The notes under the pieces are model-generated. The model was not told the origin of the DNA and searched no databases. It saw only the letters and a list, made by a program, of their open reading frames with translations. Positions 25,664-37,300 of a stretch of 64,000 nucleotides of DNA are shown in pieces. This stretch comes from Octopus sinensis (Eukaryota), in contig NC_042997.1 in the NCBI RefSeq assembly GCF_006345805.1, positions 207,018,001 through 207,082,000 on the forward strand, read 5' to 3'. Positions within the stretch are counted from its first letter, which is position 1. Every line of letters starts with the position of its first letter. Made by a program: the position numbers and the translations under genes.

Positions 25664-28600
25664 TAGACCACCCCTCCCACGTGACAAGTTGTACATGCTA
25701 GTTGTTGCAAATACTGTGACGCTGAGAAGTCGGCAAGGTTGGTCTTAGATAGTCATGTCTTTACTTGCCTAGCTAACTATACTACTTTACCGAAGTGGGC
25801 GTTATAACAGTCCGACATTGGAGTACAACAGTGGCAATGAAGTGTATGAAAGAATTGTTGGCCAGTTTGCTTGAGTTGCAAGAACAACGACAACAATGAC
25901 TATTACAGCAGCAAATGCTACAATTAAAGAACAGTAAGTCATTTTAAAAAGGCTGAGAAGACGTTCTCGCCAGATTATGTTGCAAACTGAGAAACGGAAT
26001 TTAAGTATGAACCAGATGAAGGAGTTACCTTCAAGGCCTACTATAGAAAATATGAACAGATTTTCAATAAAGAGGGCAAAGTTTGGGACGACAATATGAA
26101 AACACGTCTAATCTTAAGAAAACTGGCAACAGGAGAAAATGAGCATTACAGCAAATATTGTACTTCTGAAAAAAACCTTCTGACATAAACTTCAAAAATA
26201 CAATAGACATATTGTGTAAAATTTTTAGCAATAAAATCTCGTTGTTCGATACATGGTGGAACTGCTTGATCCTAGAACAACAAAGAGGACTACATCACAT
26301 ATGCTGGTTGAGTTAATAGGGAAAGTGAAAAGTTCAAGCTGGACAAATTAATGCCAGACATGTTCAAGTGCCTGATATTTACTCAGGGACTAACTGCAGA
26401 AATTGATGCAGAAGTAAGAACAAGAATTCTCGCTAAGCTGGAACAAAACCAAGTTGTCAACTTACAAGTGTCAGAAGAATGGGAAAGAATAGTAAATTTA
26501 AGACACAACACAGAATTGAGCATAATGATTGCTCCCAAGTGAAACAAGTGTGAAACAGGCAGAATAGAAATCAAGTGTGTACTAGAATACAAAACAGACA
26601 GGGTGAAAATCAGGAAACAAACCCATTTAAGGAAATAGAATTTTTCCATTGTGGAAAAATTGGATACTAGAACAGGTAAAGAAGGAATTTGAAAGACTTG
26701 AAATCCTAAGAATAATCAAGAAGACAGACCACTTAGATTGGTCAGCACCTACTTTCTATGTAAAAAAAAAAAAAAAGTAAGTTAAGAGTTTGTTCAGATT
26801 TTTCAATGGGGTTGAATAATTGCTTAATCTCACATAACTACCCATTGCCAAGTCCTGAGGAAGTGTTTGCAAAATTAAATGGAGGGAAATTCTCTTCAAA
26901 ATCAAACCACTTGGAGGCATTTTTAGGATTAGTAAATTATTATTGTACAGTGATTCGGTACAAATATGATGATGGGAGTAAAACGGCTATAGCCCATGTG
27001 TCACAGTTCCTATTACTACCTGAAAGGAAACTATAGTCAGATAGAGAAAGAAGCGTTAGCAATCAGTGTGAAAAAATTCCAAAGATTAATTCATGAAAGA
27101 AGTTTCTCTCTACAAATGGATCATCGCCCACTACTCTCAATATATGGTTCTAAAAAAAGGAATTCCAACACATTCAGTGAATAGATAACAGCAGTGGGGC
27201 ATTTCATAATTGAAGTATGACTACAAAATGGAATATTTACCATGAAAAAACTAGGGAATGTGGATGGTTTGTCTAGAAGGACACTGAAACACTGTGAGCC
27301 ATTTAACAGCAGAAGAAGAAATAAAAAATGTATTGTGGGATTGTTAAGTGAATTACTGGTGACACTAGAAGACATAAAATGAAATGTGGAAATTCATAAC
27401 AGAAATGAAAATAATACTGTAGACAGGAAGAGTAAATAGGAACAGGATTGGTGTGAAACAAAAGCAAGATGTAAACCTATACTCAGTTTGTGATGGTGTA
27501 TAAATTGTATGCCCAGAGAGTAGTAATACGGGAAGCATTGCAAAAGAAAATGTTGAGGGAATTCCATGTTGGACATCCTGGTATTTCAAGGATGAAAACT
27601 TTAATGTATAGCTACGTGTACTGGCCAAAAATGGACAGAGTGTTATGGCGAGAATCATGACACCTCCTGTGAGAATGGACTGGCCAAACTCATATAAGTA
27701 GCAGCGTGTTTGACTGAGAGCAAGAGATGAGAAATCGTAGGAAGTCAAAAGGTCTCATTTGTGAGTTCATGGAGTCACAGGAAATTTTTGAGAAGTTGTT
27801 ATAGTTTGTTGAGAGTTGTTTTGGATTGGTTACAGTTGTTGGCAGAGTATTTGGGAATACATCAAGTGGAGACAGTTGATGTCTACTGCGCTACGTGTAT
27901 CACACTGTTATCAGTGCATGACACTAAGGTGTCATGTACAGAAACCATGCTACAAAATAGAGAAATTGAAAATTCAGTGTAAGGTTGCAGAGGATGTGCC
28001 CTAGCAGCAAAATTACCGACAATAAAAAGTGAACCTTGGCCAAAAGTAGATGTCCCCTGGTCAAGATTACACATTGATTTCGTTGGTCCCTGAAATGGTT
28101 CACACTACTTAGTGGCAGTAAATAGTTTCTGTGAATGGCCAGAAATTTGTAAGTGTAAAAACCCAACCTCCTCAACTACAACAAACTTTCTACATGAGCT
28201 GTTTGCGAGATTTGGCATTCCAGACACAACAGTGTCTGACAATGGAATGCAATTCGTGTCTTTCAAGTTTAAAAAGTTTTGTAAAATGTTCCCCGTAGAA
28301 CATGTAACTACTGTGCCATACCATCCCAGATTTAATAGATAAGCAGAGTTTGATACATTCAAAAGAGGCCTAAGAAAGTTGAATAAGGAAGTGAAGGATG
28401 AGATAGTTTTACAACAATTCTTAGGAGTATACCGTGTGACATCATATCCAAACACACCAGCAGGTATGTCACCAGTGGAGCTGATTTTTGTGAGGAAAAT
28501 CAAATCAGTCTTTGACAAATTACTATCTGGCAAGAAAAGGAAAATTGCAATGGAAAATACAGCAAAACATTTAACAAAATTGGTGAAGATGTATTTGTTA

Positions 28601-29213
28601 GGGCATATAAGATCAGAAAACAAAGTTGGGAAGATGGCTTGATTACCAAACGCATTGGAACAATGCTATACTTGCTCTAAAAGGAAGGAAAATGGTATAC
28701 AAGAGACATGTGAATCAACTAAAAAAAAAAGATTCGTTGAGAATGAACCCAAGAGAATGGAAGAACCAATAGAATGGTTCTATGATACTTTTCAAGTACC
28801 AATGCCACTACAAACAATTGAACCTAGATGCACAAGTATAAGGAAAAGAAAATATAGAGAGTTCCTGAAAGTGGATGCCAAATGCAAAAGAATTATAAAT
28901 ATGTAACTGTATGAAAAAATAAAACTCAAAAAAGGTAGATGGAGTGATGCAAAAATGATTGTTAATAAAAAGAAATAAAATTACATTCCCTAAGATAAAA
29001 AAAAGAAAACTTAAAAGGTGAGATGTTATGAGGATAATGGCAATAATGGAACACCCTTCCCACGTGATGAATGGTATGTGCTAATCATTACAAATACTGT
29101 GACATCAAGCAGTTGGAATACTCAGTCATAGATAGTCGTGTCTTTACTTGTCCAACTAACAATACTTCTGTACCGGAGTGGATGTTATAACAGTCTAACA
29201 TTGGTTTACAACA
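25599..29213 (+). mobile_element. Ty3/Gypsy LTR retrotransposon, internally deleted provirus with TSD
   Basis: 5' LTR 25599-25830 and 3' LTR 29024-29213 are both TGTTATG...TACAACA. PBS-like gtggcaatgaag follows the 5' LTR and a purine tract aaaaggtgaga precedes the 3' LTR. The 5-bp TSD TTTAT lies at 25594-25598 and 29214-29218. Internal motifs are YPLPSPEEVFAKL (RT start), FLGLVNYY, YSQIEKEALAI, DHRPLLSIYG (RNase H), and HPGISRMK, PWSRLHIDF, VSDNGMQF, PYHPRFN (integrase). Confidence 0.92.
27641..27957. mobile_element. Solo-LTR-like insertion nested in the Gypsy integrase
   Basis: 317 bp starting TGTTATGG and ending TACAAAA, flanked by cagag/tagag. Removing it restores YVYWPKMDREIENSV in frame. 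Confidence 0.75.
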
Positions 29214-29384
29214 TTTATTCAGAGTGTTTTGAATTAATAATGTATTATCTCATAGCTTTGAGATTTTGATGAGCTAAATGTTAATTTTCAGAATGATGTT
29301 GTAGGGTTAGTGTGAGAGGCCAGATATGGTTTGCTTAAATGTTCAAGGATTAAACATTTCTTAATATTTTCTGGATTCTTTCAT

Positions 29385-30040
29385 CATCATCATCATCATT
29401 ATCGTTTAACGTCCACTTTCCATGCTAGCATGGGTTGGACGGCTTGACTGTGGGCTTGCGAACCAGATGGCTGCACCAGGCTCCAGTCTGATCTGGCAGA
29501 GTTTCTACAGCTGGATGCCCTTCCTAACACCAACCACTCCGAGAGTGTAGTGGGTGCTTTTACTTGCCACTGGCACTGGGGCCAGTCAGGCGGTACTGGC
29601 AACAACCTCACTTGAATTTTTTACACATGCCAACGGCACAGGTGCCAGTCAGGCGAAGCCGGTAACGATCCCGCTCAAATGGTGCCTCTTACATGCCACC
29701 GGTACAGAGGCTAGTTAGCCGCTCTGGCTCTTAGCACCCTACTAGCACAGGGCAGTAGTGCCAGTAAGGTGAGGCTGGCAACGATCACACTCGAATGGTG
29801 CCACTCATGTGCCACTGGCACGGAAGCCGGTTAGCCGCTCTGTCAATGATCATGCTCGTATGGTGCTCATGACTGTCATCGAATTTCACTTTGATTTTGA
29901 TTTCGATTTCACTTGCCTCGACAGGTCTTCGCAAGCAGAGTTTAGTATTCAAAGAAGGAAAAGGTACGCACAAGTGGGCTGGTAACACCCCTGGCACAGG
30001 CCACGAAGTTATGGTCTCATTTCGGTTGCCAGGTCTTCTC
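29385..30040 (-). mobile_element. RTE LINE 3' UTR with (ATG)n tail
   Basis: catcatcat..atcgtttaacgtcc tail and gtgccactggcac UTR motifs as in the other RTE copies. Confidence 0.8.
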
Positions 30041-30369
30041 ACGAAAGAAGAGGAAGAGAGAGAGGAAGGGAAAATCTATGTACTTCAGGGGAGAGTATCA
30101 CGTCTCTTTATTTCACTTAGTTTTTGAGTCAGAAAGTTTTTGTCTTCTTTCAGTAGAATTTAAATAACGAGAAGAGTAACCATCTTTTATCATAGGATAG
30201 TTTATTATTACCAGAATATCTGTTGATGGTTCCATTTCAGCTTTATTAAACCTCATCAGCACATATGCAAAGTTTTTTTTTTTTCAATATTTTTAAATTT
30301 GTGCATCTAAAGTCATTTAAGAGTTGAAATTAATCTGTTATTTATTTCCATTCACTGTATTTATTGCAG

Positions 30370-30603
30370 ATTTTGGGAATGTTCAGAAGCTGTGCCAAAA
30401 CAACCCCTTAAAAGGAAATCAACTGAAAGTGGATAGAATTAAGGAAATAAACAGTGTTCAAGTGGAAAACGTTTCTTCAAATGTCAGCTCTGAGAGACTT
30501 CAGAGTTATTTTGGAAACAGAAAAAAAAGTTCTGGTGGAGATATTTCTTCAGTTCAACAACAAACCTCTGATACTTACATTGTAAGTTTTAAAGAGGCAT
30601 GTG
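30370..30603 (+). CDS. PARP14-like gene, internal exon (RRM-like module)
   Basis: Acceptor ttgcag|AT, donor G|gtaagt, 234 nt, phase 1-1. Encodes NSVQVENVSSNVSSERLQSYFGNRKKSSGGDI..TYIVSF, paralogous to the 11491 exon module. Confidence 0.85.
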
Positions 30604-30689
30604 GTAAGTAATTTTTTTCTCCTCTCTTTGTCTAGTCTACCTTTCAGAATCAGTTATTATCATTCTTTTAATTCAGGTTTTGTTGGAAC

Positions 30690-31230
30690 TCCTGGAGGCT
30701 TGCTATCCACAGCCTACGGTACCATGCTATATGTTCTGTTCAGCCATGTAATATTTTCTTGATGATAATGGCTGTGACAAGGTGGCAGACAGCTCTACTT
30801 GGCGCTCTGTCCTCATTTCCTCTTAATATCTTCTGATACTGTCCCCAGGGCCCCAATAATAATTAGTACTATCTCCATCTTTCATGGTCAAGCATATTTA
30901 AGAGGATTGTCTACTTGTTCACCTAACTAACTGTGGGTCAAAGGCGTATGCAACATCAGTTATAGAGCACATGTGGTTCACCTTGTCCACAACGACCAGG
31001 CCTGGCTTGTTGTACTCAAGCACTTGGCTCTTTCTGCATTGAAAAATCCCACAAGATTTTACAGGTCTCTGACTCTGTGATTCTCTGTGGTTTCTGTTTG
31101 TACCATGTTTTGCTTCTCTCTAACCCAAACTTTCCTCACACTTTCAAATGCAGCACTTTTGTAACCTCGTCATGTCATCACAACTCATATTGGTTAGGGG
31201 CAACTTGAGAGCATATCCTCAACCAACAAC
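30690..31230 (-). mobile_element. R4/Dong-like LINE 3' fragment
   Basis: The minus strand reads KVCEKFGLERSKTWYKQKPQRITESETCKILWDF, the post-knuckle region. Confidence 0.7.
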
Positions 31231-31362
31231 ACCACACACAACAACAACAGCAAAAGTTGCAGCAGCAGCAATTACAAAGTGAAGACAGCACCATTACAAA
31301 GTAGATAGCAATTAACTCAAAAATGCAGGTCTCATGAATTACATGAAATCACACACCAACAT

Positions 31363-34300
31363 AACCAAAATTCCAGTGATGTTAATGGTCAATAAAATAA
31401 GTACGAGTTGTGCACTGGGGTTGATGTAATTGACTTAGACACTCTCCTGAAATTGCTGGCCTTGTGCCAAAATTTGAAACCAAAATTCCAGTGATGTTTA
31501 TGGTCAATAAAATAAATACAAGTTGAGCACTGGGGTTGATGTAATTGACTTAGACACTCTCCTGAAATTGCTGGACTTGTGCCAAAATTTGAAACCAAAA
31601 TTCCAGTGATGTTTATGGTCAAAAAAATAAGTACCAGTTGAGCACTGGGGTTGATGTAATTGACTTTGCCAATCTACTGAAATTGCTGGACTTGTGCCAA
31701 AATTTGAAACCAAAATTCCAGTGATGTTTATGGTCAATAAAATAAGTACCAATTGAGCACTGGGGTTGATGTAATTGACTTAGACACTCTCCTGAAATTG
31801 CTGGACTTGTGCCAAAATTTGAAACCAAAATTCCAGTGATGTTTATGGTCAATAAAATAAGTACCAATTGATCACTGGTGTTGATGTAATTGCCTTAGAC
31901 ACTCTCCTGAAATTGCTGGCCTTGTGCCAAAATTTGAAACCAAAATTCCAGTGATGTTTATGGTCAATAAAATAAGTACCAATTGAGCACTGGGGTTGAT
32001 GTAATTGACTTAGCCATTCTCCTGAAATTGCTGGCCTTGTGCCAAAATTTGAAACCAAAATTCCAGTGATGTTTATGGTCAATAAAATAAGTACCAGTTG
32101 AGCACTGGGGTTGAGGTAATTGACTTAGCCATTGACCTGAAATTGCTGGCCTTGTGCCAAAATTTGAAACCAAAATTCCAGTGATGTTTATGGTCAATAA
32201 AATAAGTACCAGTTGAGCAATGGGGTTGATATAATTGACTTAGCCATTGACCTGAAATTGCTGGCCTTGTGCCAAAATTTGAAACCAAAACTCCAGTGAT
32301 GTTTATGGTCAATAAAATAAGTACCAGTTGAGCACTGGGGTTGATGTAATTGACTTAGACACTCTCCTGAAATTGCTGGCCTTGTGCCAAAATTTGAAAC
32401 CAAAATTCCAGTGATGTTTATTGTCAATAAAATAAGTACCAGTTGAGCAATGGGGTTGATGTAATTGACTTAGACACTCTCCTGAAATTGCTGGCCTTGT
32501 GCCAAAATCTGAAACCAAAATTCCAGTGATGTTTATGGTCAATAAAATAAGTACCAGTTGAGCACTAGGGTTGATATAATTGACTTAGCCACTCTCCTGA
32601 AATTGCTGGCCTTGTGCCAAAATTTGAAACCAAAATTCCAGTGATGTTTATTGTCAATAAAATAAGTACCAGTTGAGCACTGGGGTTGATGTAATTGACT
32701 TAGACACTCTCCTGAAATTGCTGGCCTTGTGCCAAAATTTGAAACCAAAATTCCAGTGATGTTTATGGTCAATAAAATAAGTACCAATTGATCACTGGGG
32801 TTGAGGTAATTGCCTTAGACAATCTCCTGAAATTGCTGGCCTTGTGCCAAAATTTGAAACCAAAATTCCAGTGATGTTTATGGTCAATAAAATAAGTACC
32901 AATTGATCACTGGTGTTGATGTAATTGCCTTAGACAATCTCCTGAAATTGCTGGCCTTGTGCCAAAATTTGAAACCAAAATTCCAGTGATGTTTATGGTC
33001 AATAAAATAAGTACCAATTGATCACTGGGGTTGAGGTAATTGCCTTAGACAATCTCCTGAAATTGCTGGCCTTGTGCCAAAATTTGAAACCAAAATTCCA
33101 GTGATGTTTATGGTCAATAAAATAAGTACCAATTGATCACTGGTGTTGATGTAATTGCCTTAGACAATCTCCTGAAATTGCTGGCCTTGTGCCAAAATTT
33201 GAAACCAAAATTCCAGTGATGTTTATGGTCAATAAAATAAGTACCAGTTGAGCACTGGGGTTGAGGTAATTGACTTAGCCACTCTCCTGAAATTGCTGGC
33301 CTTGTGCCAAAATTTGAAACCAAAACTCCAGTGATGTTTACTGTCAATAAAATAAGTACCAGTTGAGCAATGGGGTTGATATAATTGACTTAGCCATTGA
33401 CCTGAAATTGCTGGCCTTGTGCCAAAATTTGAAACCAAAACTCCAGTGATGTTTATGGTCAATAAAATAAGTACCAGTTGAGCAATGGGGTTGATATAAT
33501 TGATTTAGCCATTGACCTGAAATTGCTGGCCTTGTGCCAAAATTTGAAACCAAAACTCCAGTGATGTTTATGGTCAATAAAATAAGTACCAGTTGATCAC
33601 TGGGGTTGATGTAATTGACTTAGACACTCTCCTGAAATTGCTGGCCTTGTGCCAAAATTTGAAACCAAAATTCCAGTGATGTTTATGGTCAATAAAATAA
33701 GTACCAGTTGAGCACTGGGGTTGATATAATTGACTTAGCCACTCTCCTGAAATTGCTGGCCTTGTGCCAAAATTTGAAACCAAAACTCCAGTGATGTTTA
33801 TGGTCAATAAAATAAGTACCAGTTGAGCAATGGGGTTGATGTAATTGACTTAGCCACTCTCCTAAAATTGCTGGCCTTGTGCCAAAATTTGAAACCAAAA
33901 TTCCAGTGATGTTTGTGGTCAATAAAATGAGTACCAATTGAGCAGTGGGGTACATGTAATTGACTTAGCCACTCTCCTGAAATTGCTGGCCTTGTGCCAA
34001 AATTTGAAACCAAAATTCCAGTGATGTTTATGGTCAATAAAATAAGTACCAGTTGAGCACTGGGGTTGATGTAATTGACTTTGCCATTGACCTGAAATTG
34101 CTGGCCTTGTGCCAAAATTTGAAACTAAAATTCCAGTGATGTTTATGGTCAATAAAATAAGTACCAGTTGAGCACTGGGGTTGATGTAATTGACTTTGCC
34201 ATTGACCTGAAATTGCTGGCCTTGTGCCAAAATCTGAAACCACAATTCCAGTGATGTTTATGGTCAATAAAATAAGTACCAGTTGAGCACTGGGGTTGAT

Positions 34301-37300
34301 GTAATTGACTTAGACACACACCTGAAATTGCTGACCTTGTGCCAAAATTTGAAACCAAAATTCCAGTGATATTTATGGTCAATAAAATAAGTACCAGTTG
34401 AGCAGTGGGTTGATGTAATTGACTTAGACACTCTCCTGAAATTGCTGGCCTTGTGCCAAAATTTGAAACCAAAATTCCAGTGATGTTTATGGTCAATAAA
34501 ATAAGTGCCAGTTGAGCGCTGGGGTTGATGTAATTGACTTAGACACTCTCCTGAAATTCCTGGCCTTGTGCCAAAATTTGAAACCTAAATTCCAGTGATG
34601 TTTATGGTCAATAAAATAAGTACCAGTTGAGCACTGGGGTTGATGTAATTGACTTAGCCATTGACCTGAAATTGCTGGCCTTGTGCCAAAATCTGAAGCC
34701 AAAATTCCAGTGATGTTTATGGTCAATAAAATAAGTACCAGTTGAGCACTGGGGTTGATGTAATTGACTTAGCCATTGACCTGAAATTGCTGGCCTTGTG
34801 CCAAAAATTGAAACCAAAATTCCAGTGATGTTTGTGGTCAATAAAATAAGTACCAGTTGAGCACTGGGGTTGATGTAATTGACTTAGCCATTGACCTGAA
34901 ATTGCTGGCCTTGTGCCAAAATCTGGAACCAAAATTCCAGTGATGTTTATGGTCAATAAAATAAGTACCAGTTGAGCACTGGGGTTGATGTAATTGACTT
35001 AGCCATTGACCTGAAATTGCTGGCCTTGTGCCAAAAATTGAAACCAAAATTCCAGTGATGTTTATGGTCAATAAAATAAGTACCAGTTGAGCACTGGGGT
35101 TGATGTAATTGACTTAGCCATCGACCTGAAATTGCTGGCCTTGTGCCAAAATCTGAAACCACAATTCCAGTGATGTTTATGGTCAATAAAATAAGTACCA
35201 GTTGAGCACTGGGGTTGATGTAATTGACTTAGCCATTGACCTGAAATTGCTGGCCTTGTGACAAAATCTGAAACCAAAATTCCAGTGATGTTTATGGTGA
35301 ATAAAATAAGTAACAGTTGAGCACTGGGGTTGATGTAATTGACTTTGCCATTGACCTGAAATTGCTGGCCTTGTGCCAAAATCTGAAACCACAATTCCAG
35401 TGATGTTTATGGTCAATAAAATAAGTACCAGTTGAGCACTGGGGTTGATGTAATTGACTTAGACACTCTCCTGAAATTACTGGTTTTGTGCCAAAATCTA
35501 AAACCAAAATTCCAGTGATGTTTATGGTCAATAAAATAAATACCAGTTGAGCACTGGGGTTGATGTAATTGACTTTGCCACTCTCCTGAAATTGTTGGAC
35601 TTGTGCCAAAATTTGAAACCAAAATTCCAGTGATGTTTATGGTCAATAAAATAAGTACAAGTTGAGCACTGGGGTTGATGTAATTGACTTTGCCATTGAC
35701 CTGAAATTGCTGGCCTTGTGCCAAAATTTGAAACCAAAATTCCAGTGATGGTTATGGTCAATAAAATAAGTACCAGTTGAGCACTGGGGTTGATGTAATT
35801 GACTTTGCCATTGACCTGAAATTGCTGGCCTTGTGCCAAAATCTGAAACCACAATTCCAGTGATGTTTATGGTCAATAAAATAAGTACCAGTTGAGCAAT
35901 GGGGTTGATATAATTGACTTAGCCATTGACCTGAAATTGCTGGCCTTGTGCCAAAATTTGAAACCAAAACTCCAGTGATGTTTATGGTCAATAAAATAAG
36001 TACCAGTTGAGCACTGGTGTTGATGTAATTGACTTTGCCATTGACCTGAAATTGCTGGCCTTGTGCCAAAATTTGAAACTAAAATTCCAGTGATGTTTAT
36101 GGTCAATAAAATAAGTACCAGTTGAGCACTGGGGTTGATGTAATTGACTTTGCCATTGACCTGAAATTGCTGGCCTTGTGCCAAAATCTGAAACCACAAT
36201 TCCAGTGATGTTTATGGTCAATAAAATAAGTACCAGTTGAGCACTGGGGTTGATGTAATTGACTTAGACACACACCTGAAATTGCTGACCTTGTGCCAAA
36301 ATTTGAAACCAAAATTCCAGTGATGTTTATGGTCAATAAAATAAGTACCAGTTGAGCACTGGGGTTGATGTAATTGACTTAGACACTCTCCTGAAATTGC
36401 TGAACTTGTGCCAAAATTTGAAACCAAAATTCCAGTGATGTTTATGGTCAATAAAATAAGTACCAGTTGAGCAGTGGGTTGATGTAATTGACTTAGCCAC
36501 TCTCCTGAAATTGCTGGCCTTGTGCCAAAATTTGAAACCAAAATTCCAGTGATGTTTATGGTCAATAAAATAAGTGCCAGTTGAGCACTGGGGTTGATGT
36601 AATTGACTTAGACACTCTCCTGAAATTCCTGGCCTTGTGCCAAAATTTGAAACCTAAATTCCAGTGATGTTTATGGTCAATAAAATAAGTACCAGTTGAG
36701 CACTGGGGTTGATGTAATTGACTTAGCCATTGACCTGAAATTGCTGGCCTTGTGCCAAAATTGAAACCAAAATTACAGTGATGTTTGTGGTCAATAAAAT
36801 AAGTACCAGTTGAGCACTGGGGTTGATGTAATTGACTTAGCCATTGACCTGAAATTGCTGGCCTTGTGCCAAAATTGAACCAAAATTCCAGTGATGTTTA
36901 TGGTCAATAAAATAAGTACCAGTTGAGCACTGGGGTTGATGTAATTGACTTAGCCATTGACCTGAAATTGCTGGCCTTGTGCCAAAAATTGAAACCAAAA
37001 TTCCAGTGATGTTTATGGTCAATAAAATAAGTACCAGTTGAGCACTGGGGTTGATGTAATTGACTTAGACACTCTCCTGAAATTACTGGTTTTGTGCCAA
37101 AATCTGAAACCAAAATTCCAGTGATGTTTATGGTCAATAAAATAAGTACCAGTTGAGCACTGGGGTTGATGTAATTGACTTTGACACTCTCCTGAAATTG
37201 CTGGACTTGTGCCAAAATTTGAAAGCAACATTCCAGTGATGTTTATGGTCAATAAAATAAGTACCAGTTGAGCACTGGGGTTGATGTAATTGACTTAGCC

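Noticed and set aside
30040-30200. Minus-strand ctgaaaga...gtgaaata as another hammerhead
   Set aside because: Both core boxes deviate and no stem III or cleavage triplet could be formed.
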